This document shows, in pieces, positions 29,783 to 38,889 of a stretch of 64,000 bases of DNA. Location of the stretch: positions 2,272,001 to 2,336,000 of the forward strand of contig OY762897.2 of the NCBI GenBank assembly GCA_963666515.2, given 5' to 3'. Position 1 is the stretch's first letter, and every line of letters begins with the position of its first letter. The stretch comes from Candidatus Binatia bacterium (GTDB lineage: Bacteria; Desulfobacterota; Binatia; UBA9968; JAJDTQ01). The notes beneath the pieces were generated by a model, which saw only the letters and a program-made list of their open reading frames with translations, was not told where the DNA came from and did no database searches. Position numbers and translations under genes: made by a program.

Positions 29783-29986
29783 TGATTGGCGGTTGCCCGC
29801 GATGAAAGGCGGGGGTGATCGGCGCCCGCCGCGTGTGCTAAGTTCGAGAATTCCGTTTGCAGGGCATTGGCAACAGCCGCGAATCAGAATCGCGCCCCAC
29901 AGGGCAGGACGGATGCGGGTGGACGCTCGGAGGCGCCACCGCCGCATCACGGGCGATTGCATGGCAACGACCACCGAGGAACACGC

Positions 29987-31477
29987 ATGAGCGACGTCAC
30001 ATTCGTGGACACCACGCTGCGGGACGGCAACCAGAGCCTGTGGGCCTTCAACATGAAGACCGCGGCCATGCTGGAAAGCATCGAGCGCATGGACCGGGCG
30101 GGCTTCGAGTCCATGGAGTTCTTCACCGCCACGATGTTCAAGAAGTACGTGCGCGAGCACAAGGAGAACCCGTGGCACTGGCTGCGGGAGGGCGCACGGC
30201 GCGCGCGCAACACCCCGTTACGGCTCCACGGCGGCATCAAGGGCGGACTGGAGAAGAAACCCACGTCGGTGGCGCGGCTGGTGGTCCAGCACGTCATCGA
30301 CAGCGGCATCACCCTGACCCGCACCTCCAACCCCTGGAACGACTACTCCGTATTCAAGGAGGACGTGGAGGCGCTGCGCGAGGTGGGCATGAACTGCGTG
30401 GTGAACCTGATCTACTCGGTGTCGCCGCGGCACACCGACGAGTACTACGCGCAGAAGGCCCGGGAAGCCGCCGCGCTGAAGCCCTGGCGCATCTGCTTCA
30501 AGGACGTGGGCGGCCTGCTCACCCCCGAGCGCACCCGGACACTGGTACCCCTCGTGCTGGACAACATCGGCGACGTGCCGGTGGAGTTCCACGCCCACTG
30601 CAACAACGGGCTGGCGCCGATCAACTACCTGGAAGCCATCGAGCTGGGCATGACCACCATCCACACCAGCGTGCCGCCCCTGGCCAACGGCTCGGCCCAG
30701 CCGTCGATCTTCAACATGCTCCGGAACGTACGCGCCATGGGCCATACCGCATCGGTGGACGAGGAAGTGCTGAAGCCGGTGCAGGAGCACTTCACCTTCG
30801 TCGCCAAGCGCGACGGCCTGCCCATGGGCGCGCCCGCGGCCTTCGACCAGTCCGTCTATGCCCACCAGGTGCCCGGCGGCATGATCGCCAACTTCCGCCA
30901 TCAACTGGGGTTGGTAGGCATGCTGGACAAGCTGCCGGCGGCGCTGGAGGAGGCCGCGCGGGTGCGCGCGGAGTGGGGCTATCCCATCATGGTGACGCCG
31001 CTGTCCCAGTTCGTCGGCACGCAGGCCGCCATCAACATCATCATGGGGGAACGCTACAAGCAGGTCACCGACCAGTCCATCCAGTACGCCCACGGCATCT
31101 GGGGCCGGGAGGGCGCGGAACTGATGGACCCCGACGTGAAGGACCGCATCCTGGGGCGGCCGCGCGCGAAGGACTGGGAAGGCTGGCAGCAGCCGGACCC
31201 GTCGCTCCCCGAGGTGCGGACGCAGCTCGGCAGCTCCTCCATGTCCGACGAGGAGCTGATCCTGCGGGTCTTCGCCGGGGACGAGGCGGTGGAGGAACTG
31301 CAGAACGCCGGCCGGCCCCGCGAGTACCTGAGCGCCAGCCAGCCGCTGGTGCGGCTCGTGAACGAGCTGACCAAGCAGCAGGAGTACACCCAGGTCTACA
31401 TCCGCAAGCCGGGCTTCTCCCTCACCCTGGGACGGAGCGCCGACGGCGAGGCGGCGGAAGACACCGCGGCCCTGTAG
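29987..31477 (+). CDS. PycB/OadA-like carboxyltransferase, copy 2
   Basis: Same motifs as copy 1; GAGGA RBS. Confidence 0.85.
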   Translation: MSDVTFVDTTLRDGNQSLWAFNMKTAAMLESIERMDRAGFESMEFFTATMFKKYVREHKENPWHWLREGARRARNTPLRLHGGIKGGLEKKPTSVARLVVQHVIDSGITLTRTSNPWNDYSVFKEDVEALREVGMNCVVNLIYSVSPRHTDEYYAQKAREAAALKPWRICFKDVGGLLTPERTRTLVPLVLDNIGDVPVEFHAHCNNGLAPINYLEAIELGMTTIHTSVPPLANGSAQPSIFNMLRNVRAMGHTASVDEEVLKPVQEHFTFVAKRDGLPMGAPAAFDQSVYAHQVPGGMIANFRHQLGLVGMLDKLPAALEEAARVRAEWGYPIMVTPLSQFVGTQAAINIIMGERYKQVTDQSIQYAHGIWGREGAELMDPDVKDRILGRPRAKDWEGWQQPDPSLPEVRTQLGSSSMSDEELILRVFAGDEAVEELQNAGRPREYLSASQPLVRLVNELTKQQEYTQVYIRKPGFSLTLGRSADGEAAEDTAAL

Positions 31478-31498
31478 GGGTGGGTTTCAAACCCGCCC
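31474..31498 (+). repeat. GTAG-type REP element
   Basis: GTAGgggtgggtttcaaacccgccc; related copies at 28324-28341 (degenerate) and 52358-52384 (reverse). Confidence 0.65.
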
Positions 31499-31553
31499 GC
31501 GCCAAGGCAGGTCGCCGGCGGTCTGAATTGGCGGGAACCACCGAGGAACAGCC

Positions 31554-33026
31554 ATGAGCGACGTCACATTCGTGGACACCACGCTGCGGGACGGCAACCA
31601 GAGCCTGTGGGCCTACAACATGAGGACCGCGGCCATGCTGGAGGCCATCGAGGGCATGGATCGGGCGGGCTTCGAGTCCATGGAGTTCTTCAGCGCCACC
31701 ATGATCAAGAAGTACGTGCGCGAGCACAAGGAGAACCCGTGGCACTGGATCCGTGAAGGCACCCGGCGCGCCCGCAACACTGGGCTGCGGATGCACGGCA
31801 GCATCCGGGGCGGGCTGGAGAAGAAGCCCACGGCAGTGGCCAAGCTGGTGGTCAGCCACCTGGTGGAGAACGGCATCCGCCTGACGCGCAACTCCAACCC
31901 GTGGAACGACTACTCGGTGTTCAAGCAGGAGGTGGACGACCTGCGCGAACTGGGCATGGATGCCGTGGCGAACATCATCTACTCGGTGTCGCCGCGGCAC
32001 ACGGACGAGTACTACGCGCAGAAAGCCCGGGAAGCCGCAGCCCTGAAGCCCTGGCGCATCTGCTTCAAGGACGTGGGCGGCATGCTCACCCCGGAGCGCA
32101 CCCGTACGCTGGTGCCCATCGTGCTGGAGAACATCGGCGATACCCCGGTGGAGTTCCACGCCCACTGCAACAACGGGCTGGCGCCGCTCAACTACCTGGA
32201 AGCCATCAAGCTCGGCATGACCACCATCCACACCAGCATACCGCCGCTGGCCAACGGCTCGGCCCAGCCCTCGATCTTCAACATGCTCCGGAACGTGCGC
32301 GCCATGGGCCATACGGTCAACGTGGACGAGGAAGCGCTGAAGCCGGTGCGGGAGCATTTCACCTTCGTGGCCAAACGGGACGGCCTGCCGGTGGGGGAGC
32401 CGAGGGCCTTCGACCAGTCCGTCTACAGCCACCAGGTGCCCGGCGGCATGATCTCCAACTTCGTGCACCAGCTCCGCCTCGTGGGCATGGAGGACAAGCT
32501 GCCGGCGGCGCTGGAGGAAGCCGCGCGGGTGCGCGAAGAGTGGGGCTATCCCATCATGGTGACGCCACTGTCCCAGTTCGTGGGCACCCAAGCGGCCATC
32601 AACGTCATCATGGGAGAGCGCTACAAGCAGGTCACCGACCAGTCCATCCAGTACGCCCTGGGCATCTGGGGGCGGCAGGGCGCCGAGTACATGGACCCCG
32701 AGGTGAAGGACCGCATCCTGGCGCGGCCGCGGGCCAAGGCTTGGGAGAACTGGGAACAGCCGGACCCGTCCCTCAAGGAGGTCCGGGCCCGGCTCGGGGC
32801 CTCGCTGTCCGACGAGGAGCTGATCATGCGGGTGTACGCGGGGGACGAGGCGGTGGATGCTCTGCAGAACGCAGGCCGGCCGCGCGAGTACCTGAGCGCC
32901 AGCCAGCCGCTGGTGCGGCTCATCAACGAGCTGACCCGCCAGCAGGAGTACACCCAGGTCTACATCCGCAAGCCCGGCTTCTCACTCACGCTGGGGAAGG
33001 AATCGCCGACGGCCGGCGCTTCCTGA
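31554..33026 (+). CDS. PycB/OadA-like carboxyltransferase, copy 3
   Basis: Same motifs as copies 1 and 2; shares upstream accaccgaggaaca with copy 2. Confidence 0.85.
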   Translation: MSDVTFVDTTLRDGNQSLWAYNMRTAAMLEAIEGMDRAGFESMEFFSATMIKKYVREHKENPWHWIREGTRRARNTGLRMHGSIRGGLEKKPTAVAKLVVSHLVENGIRLTRNSNPWNDYSVFKQEVDDLRELGMDAVANIIYSVSPRHTDEYYAQKAREAAALKPWRICFKDVGGMLTPERTRTLVPIVLENIGDTPVEFHAHCNNGLAPLNYLEAIKLGMTTIHTSIPPLANGSAQPSIFNMLRNVRAMGHTVNVDEEALKPVREHFTFVAKRDGLPVGEPRAFDQSVYSHQVPGGMISNFVHQLRLVGMEDKLPAALEEAARVREEWGYPIMVTPLSQFVGTQAAINVIMGERYKQVTDQSIQYALGIWGRQGAEYMDPEVKDRILARPRAKAWENWEQPDPSLKEVRARLGASLSDEELIMRVYAGDEAVDALQNAGRPREYLSASQPLVRLINELTRQQEYTQVYIRKPGFSLTLGKESPTAGAS

Positions 33027-33031
33027 ACCGG

Positions 33032-34126
33032 CTACGCCTCCGCCACCATCGGCGCCGGCACCGCCATGTCGTAGAGCCGCGCCACGTTGTCCCGCAGGAG
33101 CTTGGCGCGCACGTCCTCCGGCAGGTGACCGAGGTCCCGCGCCACCACGTCCCGCGAGTGCGGCCAGGTGGAGTTGGCGTGGGGGAAGTCGTTGGACCAC
33201 ATGCAGTTGTCGTGCCCCCACCAGACCAGATTGCGGGCGCCCACGGCGTCGTTGAAGAAGGTGGCGAAGACCTGCCGGTTGAAGTACTCCGTGGGCAGCT
33301 TGTCGATGGTCAGCGGGTCGGTGGGGCGGTGGCGGTCGAAGTAGTAGTCCCACTGCTCCAGGACATAGGGCAGCCAGCCGATCTCGTTCTCCACCAGCAC
33401 GATCTTGAGCTTCGGAAAGCGTTCCAGCACGCCCGAGAAGATGATGTCCATGAGGCTGTCGGTGATCTCCGCCAGCTTCAGGTTGACGCTGCCCCGGTAG
33501 CGCTCCAGGCCCTTGCGGTCGTAGCGGGTCTTGACGTAGCCGAAGCCCGTGAGGATGTGGACGCTGACGGGCATCTCCATCTCCTGGGCCGCGGCCCAGA
33601 AGCGTTCGTAGTGGTCGGAGGCGAAAGACATCTCCTTGGGCGGCACCTGCCAGATCAGCGCGCCGCGCAACCCGGCATTCTTGCAGCGCTCCAGTTCGGC
33701 TACCGCCACGTCCATGTTGTAGGTGGCGATCATCGGCACGCCCACCAGCCGGTCGAGGTCCACCTGGCAGTATTCGATGAGCCAGTCGTTGTACGCCCGG
33801 CAACATTCCTCGTGGAGCGCCACATCCTCCTGCGAGAACAGGCTCAGCGCATAGGTGGGGTAAAGCACCTCGGCGCTGACGCCATCTACCGCCATCTCCT
33901 TGAGCCGGGCGTTGGGATCGGAACCGCCGGGATGGGTCTGGAACCCCTCTCCGACCTTCAGCTCGGGAAAGCGCGGCGCGTTGTCGCGCATGGCTTGGGG
34001 CATGCGGTCCACGAGGGTGGCCGCCGGCTCCATCACGTGCGAATCCGACGAGAACAGCACCTCGTCGGTGGCGACCCCGCCCTCGCCCCTGAAAGTCCGT
34101 CTATAAAGGCCCGTATCGATGCTCAT
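33032..34126 (-). CDS. amidohydrolase_2 family protein
   Basis: SSDSHVMEP, EVLYPT, AYNDW, VSVH, WSNDFPH; AAGGAG RBS. Confidence 0.9.
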   Translation of the reverse strand: MSIDTGLYRRTFRGEGGVATDEVLFSSDSHVMEPAATLVDRMPQAMRDNAPRFPELKVGEGFQTHPGGSDPNARLKEMAVDGVSAEVLYPTYALSLFSQEDVALHEECCRAYNDWLIEYCQVDLDRLVGVPMIATYNMDVAVAELERCKNAGLRGALIWQVPPKEMSFASDHYERFWAAAQEMEMPVSVHILTGFGYVKTRYDRKGLERYRGSVNLKLAEITDSLMDIIFSGVLERFPKLKIVLVENEIGWLPYVLEQWDYYFDRHRPTDPLTIDKLPTEYFNRQVFATFFNDAVGARNLVWWGHDNCMWSNDFPHANSTWPHSRDVVARDLGHLPEDVRAKLLRDNVARLYDMAVPAPMVAEA

Positions 34127-34194
34127 GGGAGGCTCCTTTCGTCGCGTCCTGTCTCTTGAATTCTTATGCCAAACCGCCTGCCGTTGCCAACGCT

Positions 34195-35487
34195 TCACTT
34201 GCGATCGCGGTTGGCGACCTCCAGCGCCGCGAACGCGTACATGCGCGCAGCGGCTTCGAGGTCTTCCACCTTCTGCATCTCGCTGGTGGCCGGCTTGGCG
34301 TCCGCGGCTTCCGGCGCCGGGCCGCACTTGATGGCCGGGATGCCCACCTCGGCGAACACCGTGAGGTCCGCGTAGGTGCTGGTGAAGGCGCTGCGGATGG
34401 GCTCCACCTTGCGGCCCCGGACGTACTCGTGGGCCTCCTCCATGGCGGCCACCAGGGGCTCCGCGCCCTTGGACTCGTAGCTGTTGACCGACAGGAACAG
34501 CGAGGACTTGGCCTCGATGCCCGTGTCGGCCAGGACCGCCCTCACCTCCCGCAACACGTCGATGGCGCGCTGGTCCGGGGTCATGAAGGCCTCGACGTAG
34601 AGGTTGCAGATGGCCGGCGAGAAGTTGGGCTTGAACGGGGCGCCGCCGAAGATGGAGCCGATGTTGACCTTGGGCACCATGGTGCCGGCGCCGAACTCGT
34701 AGCGGTGCTCCTGCTCGTAGCGCCGCGCCCATTCCTCCAGCGCCGGGATGATGGAGGCCATGCGCACCACCGCGTTCTTGCTCTCCCTGGCGTCCACCGG
34801 GTGGTCCACGAACGGCCCGTACATGGGCTCGCCGTAGGTGGTGATCTTGATGAAGACGGCGCCGCACTGGGCCCAGGTGATGCGGAACTGGGACGGCTCC
34901 ACCACGATGCAGTAGTCCCCCACCACGCCGTGGGTCACCAGGTAGCGCGCGCCGTGGCCCTTGCCGCGGTAGGCGGGGCCCTGGTAGTGGTCCACCGGCG
35001 CGCGCCCGATCTCGCCGGCCACGCCGGTGACGATGACGTCGCCCTTGAGCTTGACGCCGCTCTCCTTGAGCGCCTTGGCCATGACCAGCGTGCAGGTGAG
35101 CGGCCCCTTGTCGTTGACGATGCCGCTGCCGTAGATGACGTCGTCCTCCCGCCGCGCCAGCGCCTGCCACTCGGGCCGGCTGCTCCCGGTGATCCAGAGA
35201 TCCTCCTGCCCGCCAGACAGGGCCGTGTCCATGTGCCCGTTGAACAGCAGCGTCGGCCCCGTGCCCTCGCCCGGAATCACCCCCACCACGTTGGCGCGCC
35301 CCGGCTCGGTGTGCTGCAGGAAAGTCTCGATCCCCTGCTTCTGCAGCCAGTCATGGATGAACCGCGCCACCTCCTCCTCGCTCCCGGTGGGCGTGGGGAA
35401 GTTGACGACGTCCATGGCCAGACTGGCCAACTCCTCCCGGTCGATGTGGGAAAAGACCTTCTCCAAGGTCGCTTGGTCGGTATACAT
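34195..35487 (-). CDS. M20 (ArgE/DapE-like) metallo-hydrolase with atypical metal ligands
   Basis: GRANVVG, LLFNGHMDT, GSGIVNDKG, VVEP motifs. Confidence 0.85.
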   Translation of the reverse strand: MYTDQATLEKVFSHIDREELASLAMDVVNFPTPTGSEEEVARFIHDWLQKQGIETFLQHTEPGRANVVGVIPGEGTGPTLLFNGHMDTALSGGQEDLWITGSSRPEWQALARREDDVIYGSGIVNDKGPLTCTLVMAKALKESGVKLKGDVIVTGVAGEIGRAPVDHYQGPAYRGKGHGARYLVTHGVVGDYCIVVEPSQFRITWAQCGAVFIKITTYGEPMYGPFVDHPVDARESKNAVVRMASIIPALEEWARRYEQEHRYEFGAGTMVPKVNIGSIFGGAPFKPNFSPAICNLYVEAFMTPDQRAIDVLREVRAVLADTGIEAKSSLFLSVNSYESKGAEPLVAAMEEAHEYVRGRKVEPIRSAFTSTYADLTVFAEVGIPAIKCGPAPEAADAKPATSEMQKVEDLEAAARMYAFAALEVANRDRK

Positions 35488-35579
35488 GGTCGGAACCCCC
35501 TCCGTGGATTACAGCGGAAGCTAACGGACACGGAAGCCGGGAGTCAAGCGAAACGGGGTCTGGTAGATGTCGGAATGGG

Positions 35580-36521
35580 CTAAGTGTTCCGGGAACCGTC
35601 GTATCTCAGGAACCGCTTTACCACCGGATGCCATGCGCACGGTTGGTACCCCTTCCACGAAGGATGGTGGATGGCCAGAATGACGCTTTCTCCCTCGGAG
35701 TAGCAATAGCGGCCGAGGAGGCTCTTCGGCGACCTCTTCGGCGTCGTCGGAAAATTTTCGGAGCCGAAGCAGTCAATCAACGCTTTCAGCGGCCTCGCCC
35801 AAAAGTCCTCGTCGTACGGCATATTGTCCCAGAGCCTCATTCCGCATGCCACGATGTGCGTTGGACGCAGACATTCCAAAGTCGCACGAAACGGAGCGGC
35901 CGCATCTTCCCACATCTCTCTGGTCGGTGGGATGTCAGGAGCGTCGCCGACACTCCGCTGAACATAGTTGTAGAACGCAATGGAATTGAAAAACTGGGAC
36001 CGCTGTGCAGGAGTGTCGGGTCCGAGAACCGTGTGAAAGACTTTGGTGAAGAAAGGATAGACGCTTCCTTCAATGTAATCTTGCACCACAGCCCTCGTCA
36101 GTTCGCTACCCCAGCCGTCCGATTCCTTCTCGTAGTGCGATTCTCCGAGAATCAGGAGTCTGGCCGGCAGACCGAGGTTATTTCGCTCGCCGTAGCCCTC
36201 TCCTTTCCAAGGACGAAATCTCGGTTGACGCCTCGTCTTCAGCCAATTCACGAAAGAACGCTTGCTCTCCCCGGATCGTTTTCCTGCGAGCAGACCCTCA
36301 ACGCTTATGTCCTCGTCGATGTCGTCCCAATGAATTCCCTGGCCTTTGCCGATGAGGCTCCAGTTGGCCCTCTCTTGCTTCGTGGCGTAGGCGAGCCTCG
36401 GGTACCGGTCCAACGGGATGGACACAGTACCGCCATCGCTCAACTTGACGTGCAGCGTGTCACCCGACGCCTCTAAGCCGACCGCGTTCGGCACACTTCT
36501 TTCAACTGCTGAAATACTCAT
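35580..36521 (-). CDS. DUF2442 domain fused to uracil-DNA-glycosylase-superfamily-like domain
   Basis: aa 1-97: LSDG..IPL..YPRL..AT..ER.NW...GIHW.DIDEDISVEGLL (DUF2442); aa 100-313: LLILGESHY, FYNYVQ, LRPTHIVACG, IHHPS (UDG-like motifs). Confidence 0.75.
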   Translation of the reverse strand: MSISAVERSVPNAVGLEASGDTLHVKLSDGGTVSIPLDRYPRLAYATKQERANWSLIGKGQGIHWDDIDEDISVEGLLAGKRSGESKRSFVNWLKTRRQPRFRPWKGEGYGERNNLGLPARLLILGESHYEKESDGWGSELTRAVVQDYIEGSVYPFFTKVFHTVLGPDTPAQRSQFFNSIAFYNYVQRSVGDAPDIPPTREMWEDAAAPFRATLECLRPTHIVACGMRLWDNMPYDEDFWARPLKALIDCFGSENFPTTPKRSPKSLLGRYCYSEGESVILAIHHPSWKGYQPCAWHPVVKRFLRYDGSRNT

Positions 36522-36738
36522 CCCAAGCCTCTACGAGTTCCCTTCGATGTTCTTCGACAATACCGATAATACGCGAAATTTCGGCCGGACGGAATCCGCC
36601 GGCTTCCTGAAGCCGGATGGGTTCGAGCCAGAATTTCGCAACGTGGTTGTCTCGCGCTACATGCACGTGACGAGGCTCTTGACCGTCGCTTGAGTAGAAG
36701 AAACACCGGTACGGTCCCTGCCTCAGTACAGTGGGCAT
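36502..36738 (-). CDS. DUF4160 family protein
   Basis: MPTVLRQGPYRCFFYSSDGQEPRHVHV...AKFWL...AWDEYF pattern; overlaps the DUF2442 start. Confidence 0.88.
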   Translation of the reverse strand: MPTVLRQGPYRCFFYSSDGQEPRHVHVARDNHVAKFWLEPIRLQEAGGFRPAEISRIIGIVEEHRRELVEAWDEYFSS

Positions 36739-37090
36739 CTCTGCTATCGCGTAGGTGACCCATGCAGTCAGCCACTCCGTTGATTTGATCCGGCGTCCTT
36801 TGACGCCGTCAACACGGAGTCTCAACCCAAGGATGGAAACATACCGTTTAATCCAAAATCTCTCAAGGTGCCCTACCGGACCGAGAAAATTGAGCCAAGC
36901 GTTGTGTATTTGACCGAGGTGGGAGTCCCCGGGCGCCCTTTCAGATCACCGTCCCGAGCGGAGTCAAGGGAAGAGACTTGACAGCGAACAGGTAATCAGT
37001 GACCCGGGGCAACGTCATCGCCGGACCCTTGCAGGCAACCTCCTTGTTTCCGACGAAGATACCGGTGCAACACGCGTCCGCGCGCCTTCA

Positions 37091-37120
37091 TTGACACGGC
37101 CGGACACGATCCGCTATTTT
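37091..37120 (+). promoter_or_regulatory. putative sigma-70 promoter of ubiD-like gene
   Basis: TTGACA-18 bp-TATTTT. Confidence 0.55.
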
Positions 37121-37247
37121 ACCGTTTCGCGCTGGAGCCTGCCGTTTCTTTCCGACACCGAAGCCCCGAATCCGGGCTGCAACACACGGGGCGACGGGGA
37201 CTCTCTGCGACATCACTTGAAAGTTCGACGCGAACAGGAGGCAGTCA

Positions 37248-38876
37248 ATGGGTTATGCAGACCTACATGAGCATCTGAGAATGCTCGAAGAAGCGGGGCA
37301 TCTGCGCCGCATCAACCAGACCATCAACAAGGACACGGAGCTGCACCCGCTGGTGCGCTGGCAGTACCGGGGCGGCATTCCGGACGAGGAGCGCAAGGCG
37401 TGGTACTTCTCCAACGTCACCGACTCCCGCGGGCGCAAATTCGACTTTCCCGTGGTGGTGGGAGCGCTGGCGGGCAGCAAGGCCATCTACTTCCTGGGCA
37501 TGGGCTGCGACAGCGCCGAGGAGATGGACAAGAAATGGAAGCACGCCCTCTCCAACCCCATCACGCCCAAGGTGGTGGACAACCCGGCGTGCCATGAAGT
37601 GGTGATGACCGGCGATGCCGTGGAGAACCAGGGGCTGGACAAGTTCCCGGTGCCCATCTCCACCCCCGGCTTCGACAACGGCCCCTACACCACCTGCTCC
37701 CACTGGATCACCAAGGATCCGGAAACCGGCATCGGCAACATCGGCAACTACCGGGGCCAGATCAAGTCGAACTCCCGGGTGGGCGTGTTCCCGTCCGGGC
37801 TGGGCCAGGACATCTTCCTGCACTGGAAGAACGCCCAGAAGCGCGGCGAGCCGCTGGAGGCGGCCCTGGTCATCGGCGCGCCGCCGGTGGTCTCCTACGT
37901 CTCGGTGCAGAAGGTGGACTACGGCGTGGACGAAATGGCCATCGCCGGCGGCTTCGTGGGCGAGCCCATCCGCATGGCCCAATGCAAGACCGTGGACCTG
38001 CAGGTGCCGGCGGAGTCCGAGATCGTCATCGAGGGGCGGCTCAACACCGAGTTCGTGGAGCCCGAGGGGCCGTTCGGCGAATCCCACGGCTACATGCACC
38101 CCCGGCAGTTGAACCCGTTCATGGACGTCACCGCCATCACCCACCGCAAGGACGCCATCTATGTTTCCTGGTTGAGCCAGCTCACCCCCAGCGAGTCGTC
38201 GGTCATCCGCAAGATCGGCTACGACCGGCTGATGCTGGTGCACCTGCGCGACCACTGCCGCATCACCAGCGTCATCCGGGTGGAGATGCACGAGCCCCTC
38301 ACCAACACCTACAAGCTCGTCATCGTGCAGATGCGCAAGCCCAAGGAAGCCGAGGTCTGGCGCGCGCTCCACGCCGCGGCATCGTTCCACCCCGGCGTCG
38401 GCAAGATCGTCATCGCCGTGGACGAGGACATCGACCCCTCGGACGAGGCAGCCGTCTTCTGGGCCATGTGCTACCGCATGAAGCCCCACCAGGACGTGCA
38501 GATCATCGGCGGCATGGAGAAGGGCCACGCCCCGCCGTTCCTCTACAAGCACGAGGCCAAGGGCACCGACGTGGTGTCGTACCACCTGCCGGCGGACGAG
38601 TCGGGGATGCTGTGCAACGCCATCCAGAAGGAGCCCTTCCCGCCCGTGTCCCTGCCCAAGCGGGAATACATGGAGCACGCCCGGGAGCTGTGGGAGGAGT
38701 TCATGCTGCCGCCCCTCAAGCCCAAGATGCCGTGGTACGGCTACTCCCTCGGGCAATGGGACGAGGAACTGGACGAGGAAGCCAGGCTCGCGGTGGAGGG
38801 ACGCTACTTCGAGACTGGCGAGAAGCTCAAGTCACGGCGGGTCAAGGCCAGCGAGGTGGAGGAAGAGGACCACTAG
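37248..38876 (+). CDS. UbiD family (prFMN-dependent) decarboxylase
   Basis: DLHEHL, GNYRG, CKTVDLQVPAESEIVIEG, EGPFGE, VDEDIDP motifs; AGGAGG RBS. Confidence 0.92.
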   Translation: MGYADLHEHLRMLEEAGHLRRINQTINKDTELHPLVRWQYRGGIPDEERKAWYFSNVTDSRGRKFDFPVVVGALAGSKAIYFLGMGCDSAEEMDKKWKHALSNPITPKVVDNPACHEVVMTGDAVENQGLDKFPVPISTPGFDNGPYTTCSHWITKDPETGIGNIGNYRGQIKSNSRVGVFPSGLGQDIFLHWKNAQKRGEPLEAALVIGAPPVVSYVSVQKVDYGVDEMAIAGGFVGEPIRMAQCKTVDLQVPAESEIVIEGRLNTEFVEPEGPFGESHGYMHPRQLNPFMDVTAITHRKDAIYVSWLSQLTPSESSVIRKIGYDRLMLVHLRDHCRITSVIRVEMHEPLTNTYKLVIVQMRKPKEAEVWRALHAAASFHPGVGKIVIAVDEDIDPSDEAAVFWAMCYRMKPHQDVQIIGGMEKGHAPPFLYKHEAKGTDVVSYHLPADESGMLCNAIQKEPFPPVSLPKREYMEHARELWEEFMLPPLKPKMPWYGYSLGQWDEELDEEARLAVEGRYFETGEKLKSRRVKASEVEEEDH

Positions 38877-38889
38877 CTTCGAGGCGGCC

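Noticed and set aside
34156-34171. Sigma-54-like TGGCAT upstream of the amidohydrolase (minus strand)
   Set aside because: The -12 position reads TTCA and lacks the conserved GC
33032-35170. Apparent 712-aa amidohydrolase fusion
   Set aside because: Upstream part overlaps the M20 gene in another frame; true start is 34126 with its own RBS
37125-37215. Glycine-riboswitch-like words (caccgaag, actctc) in the ubiD leader
   Set aside because: Other conserved elements (GGAGA, CTCAGG) and the stem arrangement are missing
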